Shown in pieces: positions 55,410 through 64,000 of a stretch of DNA of 64,000 bases. The notes beneath the pieces were generated by a model that did not search any database, was not told the DNA's origin, and saw only the letters and a program-made list of their open reading frames with translations. The translations under genes and the position numbers were made by a program. The stretch lies in contig OZ316895.1 of NCBI GenBank assembly GCA_973895155.1, positions 16,658,170 to 16,722,169 on the forward strand, written 5' to 3'. Position 1 is the first letter of the stretch, and every line of letters starts with the position of its first letter. The DNA comes from Marsupella aquatica. Its lineage: Eukaryota > Plantae > Marchantiophyta.

Positions 55410-57110
55410 TCACTCCCACAAATAAGGATGAAGATTCCTCGCAATATTTGCTAGACAACAGTGAAGGATTGCCAAAGTGATTGCATATGTGGTTTGAAAG
55501 GACATCATGAATAATGTAGAAACTCAGTGAGACTGGTTGGCACTCACGTTTTCGCCACAGGGAGACATTCAGATCCGTAGTCACGAAAAGTACTCCAAGC
55601 CTACAGGAGCCTACAGGCAGTACAGTTGACTTTGCAGATCGTAAAACAAAGTTACCTTTGTCCTTGTGGCCCTATGCAATTTAAATCAAATCTCCTTCGC
55701 ATTGTACAGTAACCATCTTGGATATCCAGGTACTGCGGCAATTAGTGCATGGCCATTGCTTTCGGACTCTCCTCTTGATGCAAGAAAAGAAATGAAGATG
55801 ATATTATGTAAGAAAGGTTTTAAAGTAGTTTCGTGACATCAACTTTCCAAAACTGGACAACACAGTATGTAAAAACACTCGCTTAAATCGCTTAAACAGG
55901 CTCAAGACTTTTGTCATAATGTGTACCGCAGATATAAAATGCCTTCTGATATGACGAATCTACCAACTAGTCATTATTCTGAAAGAGAAACTCATTGCCA
56001 AAGCCAATGCATTGCAAGTCTGCTGCACCATCTCTGGCCATACATATGAAGCATTAAATTACAAGGCTAAAGTTCTGAGCACGCTGCAAATGTCTCCAGA
56101 GCAGAGAAACTTAGCCCGTGAAATTAGTTACTGTGGAGCAAACTGTGAAAGTTTCCATCAGAAGAAAGCAGCCTGGAATTCAAAGAATAAATTCTAAAAA
56201 AGCCAATTCCCGTTGGAGCATATGAACACTTCGGAAGTGAAACATCCCCGTTAATGGAAAAAATTTACATAATAGACTGGCAATTGTACATTATGTGCAT
56301 GCGATTATCTCACATTGCCTAACTCGATCTACAAGCACTCCAATCAACCTTCTTGTCCCTGATCCTCAATTCCACTTTTCTCCTATTTGACCTTTAAGAA
56401 AAAATATGAAACGATGATTGTATTGAAAATAATTAAACCCTAGCTTCATCACAACTTCTGTTCCTAGGTCTTGTCCCTGCAAAACTGAATTGAGGCTCAA
56501 GGAGTAATTTACTTACACTATACTCCGAGCATTTGTGAAAAGACATCGATAGGGAGGGGAACATAGGTACTGTACGTCAAGATCTGCATCATATAGATGG
56601 CAGTCTGCAGCGCCATGCCGCAGATTAAATCTTCATTATTTGAATGATTTATGTCAGGCTCATACCACAAATACTTCTCCTGTAGGGGATCCTACGATCA
56701 ATTTGGTGGTAGTGACAACTGACTGCCACAACCTCAGTGAAGTTGAGCAAATAATAGTTAGCTATGATACAAAGTCCATAGTAAGGACTTGCTTCCCTTT
56801 AACCAAGCGATAAATGAGTTGGATACTATTTCCAACGCGAAAGAGTCCAGGTCGATCAGCAAAGGTCGATCAGCAAAAGAGCAGTTAAATCATCCGCTTG
56901 GAGAATTTACGCTCCACACTGCTACCGAGCTTTGGAGCCAAGAATGTCCGACTTTTCAAGTCCTGACACCTTTCGCTGTATCTCCTGAGAAACGAATTCA
57001 GAGCAAAACTTCAGGTGAGATTTCTGCTGAACAGTTCTGTGAATAAACTCAGCCTAATATCTCTCTTTCAAAGGCCGTCAATGGTGAGCCAGTTTTCTGT
57101 TCCTGAGCAT
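55410..57110 (-). CDS. Probable small-exon gene missed by the ORF track, unknown product
   Basis: The last three exons join in phase at canonical sites to give YLDIQDGYCTMRRRFDLNCIGPQGQR|LGVLFVTTDLNVSLWRK|PNIARNLHPYLWE* (stop 55410-55412). More AG/GT-bounded open segments lie upstream (GQDLGTEVVMKLG|SNRRKVELRIRDKK; SVVTTTKLIVGSPTGEVFV; EIQRKVSGLEKSDILGSKAR). Confidence 0.45.
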
Positions 57111-57800
57111 AAAACAAGAGCAAAGAATTCAGGTAAGAATTCTGATCAGAGGGAAGAACATTCAGGTATATATCCTATAATCTTCGTACCACAATCACGT
57201 GAGAAAGATCAAAAGAGGGACCACCCCTCCACGTATGCTGGTAAGGCTGAGAGAAACGTTTTGAGATAGACTGTCTGAGCTATTTGAGAATCCAATTTCT
57301 GATGAAGAACTCGAAGTTAAATATATATGGGAATTGGATCAAGATGGGGGACCACAATAGATTCATCTGGGAAGAGGAAACTGTGTTCGGGTTGTTGCTG
57401 CCGTGCTGACCTTCAAGTCTTTCATCAAACTACACTTAAGCCAACAGGTAGACGATCCTTCAAGGGCGATTCAAATGATAAACCATTCTGCAAAGAAACA
57501 AAATGCCTATCAACCGGGAATGGTCTGCACGGTATGTCAACTAAAGGCCAAGATCCCCTGATTGAAAGGTAACACTAAAAGCTCAAACTAAAAGATCATT
57601 ATCTAACTATGGCTACTCCCATTGACAAATGAGTGATACTTGGAAAGTACATGAGACAGTGTCCTGCTGAAGATCGATGCTGACGAGACAAACAGCAACT
57701 TAGATCTCTCCTGTCTAATGGTGCATTTTCATTTACAACTTTCTCATCATCATCCACATTGAGTCACTCATTTCGAGGTTTTGTCGCCATACAGTAGACC

Positions 57801-60800
57801 TCAATAATCTACACTGAAAATGCACATCTCCTAAATTAATCCAACCCTGCGATCAGAAATTAAGTACAAAGATTCCACTTGGAGAACTGGCTACTGGAAA
57901 ATACCTGTGCCATCTTGCTCCGCAGTTTCGCATTTTCGGACTTCACCAGCACTTCCCACTTCACATCCATGGAATCATCTGGCGAGCTGTAATCCAGAAA
58001 CTTCTTTGGCTTAGGACCTTGCCAGTTTGTTCCCGTAGATGGTGGAACTAGTGGCTTGACTTTGAAAAGCCATGATTCTGAAGGAGACTTGGGGAGCGGT
58101 GGTTGAAGAACGCTCACTGGTGAATACTTCTCGGCCGAGGGTTGCTGAACCGTCATTGCAAGGTTTGTGGGAGACCGCAGGGAGCGTTCAGAGACAGAAG
58201 AGAAGGAGGCGTCCTTCGAATCTGAGCTCGGAGTCCTTGTATACAGGTGTTGCACTCTCACTAGAGGCCAACCAGAAGTGTGCATCCCTTCGCTGGCAGA
58301 CTCCGAATTCGAGTTACTGCATGTAAGCACCTTCCCTGATCGATCGTAACTCTCAGACGCCACAGGGGACTCACGAGCCGACTCCCAAACCTCATCATTG
58401 AGACTTTCAAGAGATCTCCCCGACCCCCCAGATGGCTCGGCGACCTCTTGCCTGATGAGGTTCACCTTCAGGTGCCTCGGATAGCCCTCATCTAGGACGA
58501 CCGCATTACCCGGATCGGACGGCTTCGTTGATGAATGATTGGCACCGTAGGCCGATGACATTGCTGAAGCTGCAGCCATGCGTGCTGGATTGTTTCTATG
58601 GTGATTCAAGATGGAAGACGGAGGTATTGGTTCCTGCGCTACATTCGCTACTGCTGCTTGAATGGCTGCTTGAGAAATCCTGCCGAGATCCCGGCTCTGC
58701 TGCTGTGTAGTCCTCAGCAAGGAACCGAGGCTTCCAGAGAATACCATCTCAGGGGATCTTCTTCCCAGATTTTCCAAATGTCCACCCCTGTTGTCATCCT
58801 GTGTTGCCGTCTCTCTGAGTCTGTCGCTTGGAACACCCGAAGAGGCTCTATAGCTAGACTCATTACTTCTGCCAGAATGCTCGCTTTCGTAATCGGCAAT
58901 GGCTGATTCTCCAATGGCACTAAGACTTCGATTACTGTCACGATAAAAATCGGAGTCTTTCGAAAGTTGTTGTATCCTGTGAGTAAGTACACTCGGACTA
59001 GACTTGGTTCTGGACCTGGGCGGTAAGCCTCTCTCTTCGAAGCTACAGAGATTGTCACCTCTAGGTGTAGCGCTTCCGTCTGATTCCTGATGACCATAAA
59101 AAAAACAGTGGATATCGTCAACACAACTCATTGAGAAGGTAGAGTTATCGCCAAATCATGAAAGCTTTCGTCATGATTACAAGGGTATGATTTAATTTTG
59201 ATGCTTGGAGACCTTAAACGAACATGCTCCACAAATAAAATATGCGACAACAACGAGGTGACTAGATTGTCCATTAAAAAATGCTTTTGAACAGCTCATC
59301 TCTCGAAATGGTTCCAAAGACTTATTTCGAATGGATGCTGCGGAATAACTCACTACAACATTCGAATTGGGATCAATCTGTAGAAAGACTATCGATACAC
59401 TACTCACTGGAAAAGAGATCTGCGAAGTCATCAACTTACCGTATAGATCCAAGCTGCATCTTCATGCTGACCGTCAGAAAACGGTCTGGGTGAGGACTCC
59501 TTACGGTTTTCTAAAGATGTTGTAGGCGAAGGTGAGCATTTGTTATTCGCAAAAGATGGAGAAGGCGATTGTTCGGCACTTCCAGAATCAATACGATTGG
59601 TAATTAGAGGCACACCGGACGCTAAAGCTCCCATCTGCCATGGAAACTTGCACTTAAAAAGTAACTCAGGTTGATCAGCTTCTTCATGCTCCTCTACCTC
59701 GGCAAAGCGGTCCTTGAAAGCAAATCTCGAGCGCCCAAGCACGGACGATCGGCCATTTTTCCGTGTAGGAGACACCAAAGGAGTTTCTTGAGATGATCTC
59801 CGGTCCATACCATCAGATGTCTCTGTCACCATAGCTTTGGCTGCAGGCAAGAACCTCTCCATGATGAAATCACGAGCGCGGGGGTCGGTGTGTCTGCTCG
59901 ACTCATGCTGGTCGCCATCTATGATACTGACTTGGCAACGTACATCTGGATCCCTCGCGTTCATTTGGGAGAATGAGTCGCCTAGTTCGGTCTGGTCACC
60001 GTCATCGCTGTGACTGCCAGCCTCAGAAGCAGAAGCACTGTTGGGCCGAGTGGGCATGCAGCTGTTCGTTCCTCGAGTTAGATTCCCGCTGTTAGGAACT
60101 GAGGTGGGTGCCGAGTGCCTCTCCGATTGGTAAAAATCCTTCACCACAGCTGGAGATTGAGATTGGCGCAACCTCGCCGAGATATACTCATGGTTTCCTC
60201 TACTGAGATGAAGGGGAACACCTTCATCAGAAGAAGGCACAAAGCTCCCCGCACCAAGTGGATCCGTGCGAGGAGTTAATTCCTCATCCTTACTCGGGAT
60301 ATGTAACATTGAGGCAAGAGAAGAGTGATGACGACGAGAACCATCTTTTGCCACGGGACCCTCTTGGCCACCTCCCTTTTTGGCCGTCCGGCGATTTGAT
60401 GGTTGGTCATGGACTCCGTTACGTGAGAGAAGTGCACTGCCACCGTTATGATGGGAGGGCTGAGATACGGATGCTGATGTATTCCTTCGTGGCTGAGGAG
60501 GTTTGTCACCTGATGGTAGCAAAGGTACAGAAAGAGGTGGTTTGCTTTGAGTTGGCTTTGGTGGAAGATGATAATTAGCTGTGGGGGGATGTGACCTGCC
60601 TGTCTGTGCTGCTGGGGTGTCCGCTGGTGATGCTACAGCTATTGCTTCTGTTGGGGGGAGCTTACCGTTATTTGAGAGATGGTGGAAAGACCTGCCGTTT
60701 GATTCTGTGGCTACTGCAAGGGGAGACTTTGGGACCTCCACGGAAGACAATTTGCTGGAAGGTGGGGGAGCTAGAACTTGGGGTGGAACAGGGGACTTGG

Positions 60801-61044
60801 AATCAATTTTCTCTTGTTCAACCTTTGAACGCCCAGGCTCTTTTTCCCAAGAGAAAGCAACTCCTGCATCGTGCATGAGATCCGCATCACTGGGCCTCGC
60901 TGGATCATCGTCAAAGTCCTTCTGTGGGTCATACTGTTCAATCTTCGCCGCACGAACGGTACGCACAGATTTGAGAGGTTGGTTGTAGTTGATTCGACTC
61001 GTCATGTTTTGATGAAAGAGTGCCGTCACGACGTCCACTGACAT
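57801..61044 (-). CDS. DUF688-family plant protein
   Basis: Exons 61044-59440 and 59086-57905, plus a tentative last exon 57830-57801. Family-type motifs: INYNQPLKSVR, GVAFSWEKEPGRSK, DFIMERFLPAAKAM, PPLPKSPSESWL, KWEVLVKS. Confidence 0.8.
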
Positions 61045-64000
61045 GGCTTAGTACCAATCCACGCTATCCCTGCCAATAGTTGGTGACCAACACCATTCTT
61101 AAGTAACGGGTGCCTGGGAAGGATTCCCAAACAAAACAATTCAATACAAAGAGAATCTCACTATCATGCCAACTATTTCGGCAAACTAAAGGCCAACTTC
61201 TGGGCATGAATTCAGCCACCTCGTGGCATTCTAAAGATAAGATCCTGTGAAGCATTCCATCTTGTAAGAAAAGCATTCCATCTTGTAAGAAAAGCAAACC
61301 TCGTGTAAAACGGCATATGACAGCTACTGCCAAATAATGCAACTCTACTCAGGCAGTACAGTTAGGACATAATTTACTCAGGAATTTCAATGGAAATTTT
61401 ACGAAGGGAAGTACGCCGACAGTCTGTGGGGTACGGAAATTAAACACAGTCCTGCACCGACGAGTGCTGACTGTAGTACCATCATTTCTTCTACCACTTT
61501 CCGTAGCTTCCAGAGACGTCCACTGTCATTCGCTGTGAAGTACTTCGCACCCTTATTCTCATCAACACGGAAAACTGGGAACCTTTGGGGTTTACAAAGA
61601 ATCCACGAGATTTGATTTTTCAGTCTCAGTCGTTCTCTGCTCGAAGAGACACTCTACCTGTACCGTTCTAAGGATAAGACATTCTCCCTGGACTTGAGAA
61701 GTGGTACTAACGCTGGTATCCAAAGAGATCATAGATTCGTTGCGAGAGAGATCGATAGGAAGCCACATTGTACTGGATCAACATGGACAGAGAACTGCGA
61801 TCTTTTACTTACCCGGTAGGCTATGCGGCATTATTCAGATCTGCTGTTAGTACCGAATTATTCACCGGACGAAATGTACAAGCCAGTCCAGACAGTTCTC
61901 TAAATCCTAAACCCCAGTATGGCAATCCTGATGCTCTTGTTCTCACTCTAAACCGTTCTCACGTCACGGCACGGCATAAAGAACCAAATTTGCGTCACAA
62001 GAGCTGATTCACTAAACCGATTATAAGACAGTGGAGTTTCTCTCCAAATGGAAGTTTGAAGCTAACAAGCACGCAGGGGTGAACAATGGGTGAGTACATA
62101 CCATTGTCTCGTCGACTGCCTCAACCATTGTCAACGTCTCATCAGATCCATCAAAACCGGATCAGAAAAAAGCTACAGAAGTAATCTTGATCTCCTGGTC
62201 CAACCTTCACAAGCCATCTCCACTGCATGCGCACGACGACTTCGTTCTTTTGTTTGACATTTCTCGTACCTCCTCCATTTACGAAGAAACCCACAAATTC
62301 GCAGCTCACTTGTTACAGCAAACCAGTAGAGACTCCCATCTGCGATCGCTGTTCCTGTCTTGAGATCACGGCGGTCTTGAATGGCGGCCCGCCTATGCCC
62401 ATAAGTCAATGCTGGCCACGAATCGTAAACCTTTCCCTGTCCTCGCAAATCTGGAATCCACCGCACCACTCCCTGCAAATTCCAACCCTGCGCCACACCG
62501 CATTGCTCCCGTTCCTCGTCCGCGAAAAATGCTAAGCTGCCGACGAGTAGATCTCTCTCTCTGTGTCCCTCGCTACCGCAAAAATCTGCGGCGCACACGT
62601 TCGTTCTAGTTTGATTTGCTCGACCGTAACATTCCCTTGATTGGATTTCCCCTTCTTCGACCACTGCTACGCTAATCTCGATTCTCTACTGGAGATCCCG
62701 AAAGTGCGCACAGGTCATTCCTACGAATTGTGGCTCACTTCGGTCTCTGTCCGCGACGTTCTTCAATAAAACAATAGAACATCGTCGTCCCCAACTTCTC
62801 TCCGCCATGCCCTCACTCCCAACCTGCGGCTGACTCAATTATACCTCGATTCAATCCACTCACACGTCTTCTCATTGAATGCCGACCAACGCCCTTTCCG
62901 TCAAATATGAGCGCCTTTCAAACCAAATGCACTCAATAATCACTCACTCCTCAGCTCACGAAAGCACCACCCCGGACATACATTCCTTCCGCAGCTACAA
63001 CCTCAGTCACGCATTCGTGCGTGCGTGCTTGCTTGCGTCCTCTCTTCCGCAACCTGCCGCTGTCTGTCTGTGTCTATATCTACATGAGTGAATTCTATCT
63101 TTGGAAAACGCCGAACTCCTCTCCAAGCAGACCGTCCTCCGCGCAAAGCAGCAATGCTCAATCACGGCTTGGCACACGCGCCAACTGTTCAATGCCGTGG
63201 ATCTCTTTCTCGATGTACTTTCTTTCTCGATCGATCTCTCTCGCTCGCCTTCAATCCTCCTCCTCCTCCACGCCTCTCGATCATCAGCTCGGCAGACGCA
63301 AGCTGTGGCAGTGTGGCACCCGAATTCACGAAGGCGTGGAGAGCTAAAGTCTCAAAACGTTGCGACTGCGTTGCTTATTAGGTGATCGACAGTCATGCGC
63401 GTTCCATAACTCTCTGGGGCTGCTGCCCACGCCACTTTGCTTTTGGCTGCCCGTGCCTGACCGTCTGTTGCTCGCCCCCCACTTTTCTTTTGTCAGTCAT
63501 GGCTGCCCGCGCCTGACCGTCTGTTGCTCGCCTCTACTTTACTTTTGTCTGTCGTGGCTGCCCGTCTACCCGCTCGTCTGCCGTACCGTTATACCCCATT
63601 AGGCCATTACAGTGCGCAGTACGGGCACGCGCGACTTTTAATGCATTAATTCGGGGAATTTATCTGGATCTACCGTACTGACATCAATTTTGTGAGTAAA
63701 TCGGGGGATTTAGCGGCTTGGACTTATTGATAAGTGCAATAGCTTGAGTTAATCTAATCCGAGGGTGTTCCAATTTTAGACGAGCGTTGGTTTTGTTTAT
63801 TGGATCTACTCATTAATTCCTAATAATGGAAAATGATGCTCCCATTCTCACAATTGAGTTTAACTATAATAATTTGATTTTCGAAGTTGAAGCCCAGACG
63901 GACCTTCAAGTTCGATGAAATGCTCCTATGGACAATTGCAACTCAGATGGACCATTGCAAAATGTACTCATGGGTTCGGATGACACACTTTACACTTCCG

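Overview
Eukaryotic land-plant genomic DNA with many short GT-AG introns. The gene content and style suggest a non-seed plant such as a liverwort, which is an inference. Host genes: an intronless RWD-RBR (RNF14-like) E3 ligase (-), a GT-1-clade trihelix transcription factor with stacked uORFs (+), an organellar tryptophanyl-tRNA synthetase (+), an NPK1/ANP-type MAPKKK with an expanded NCSVRLDS repeat (+), a membrane protein with a TROL-like tail (+), a DUF688 protein (-), and a probable small-exon gene missed by the ORF track (-). Accessory DNA includes an apparently intact 5.7-kb PIF/Harbinger (PHIS) transposon with ATT target duplication (Pangu-like), two convergent intact genes and a possible third gene. 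There are also related non-autonomous elements joined through a shared AAT, two tRNA-derived SINE copies, a TA-flanked MITE, F-box remnants, and an intron-containing pseudogene copy of the 3' half of the MAPKKK. The most unusual signal is in that pseudogene: aligned by eye to its parent 6 kb upstream, it carries at least 12 palindromic 4-6 bp insertions, 11 of the exact form X -> X.rc(X).X.
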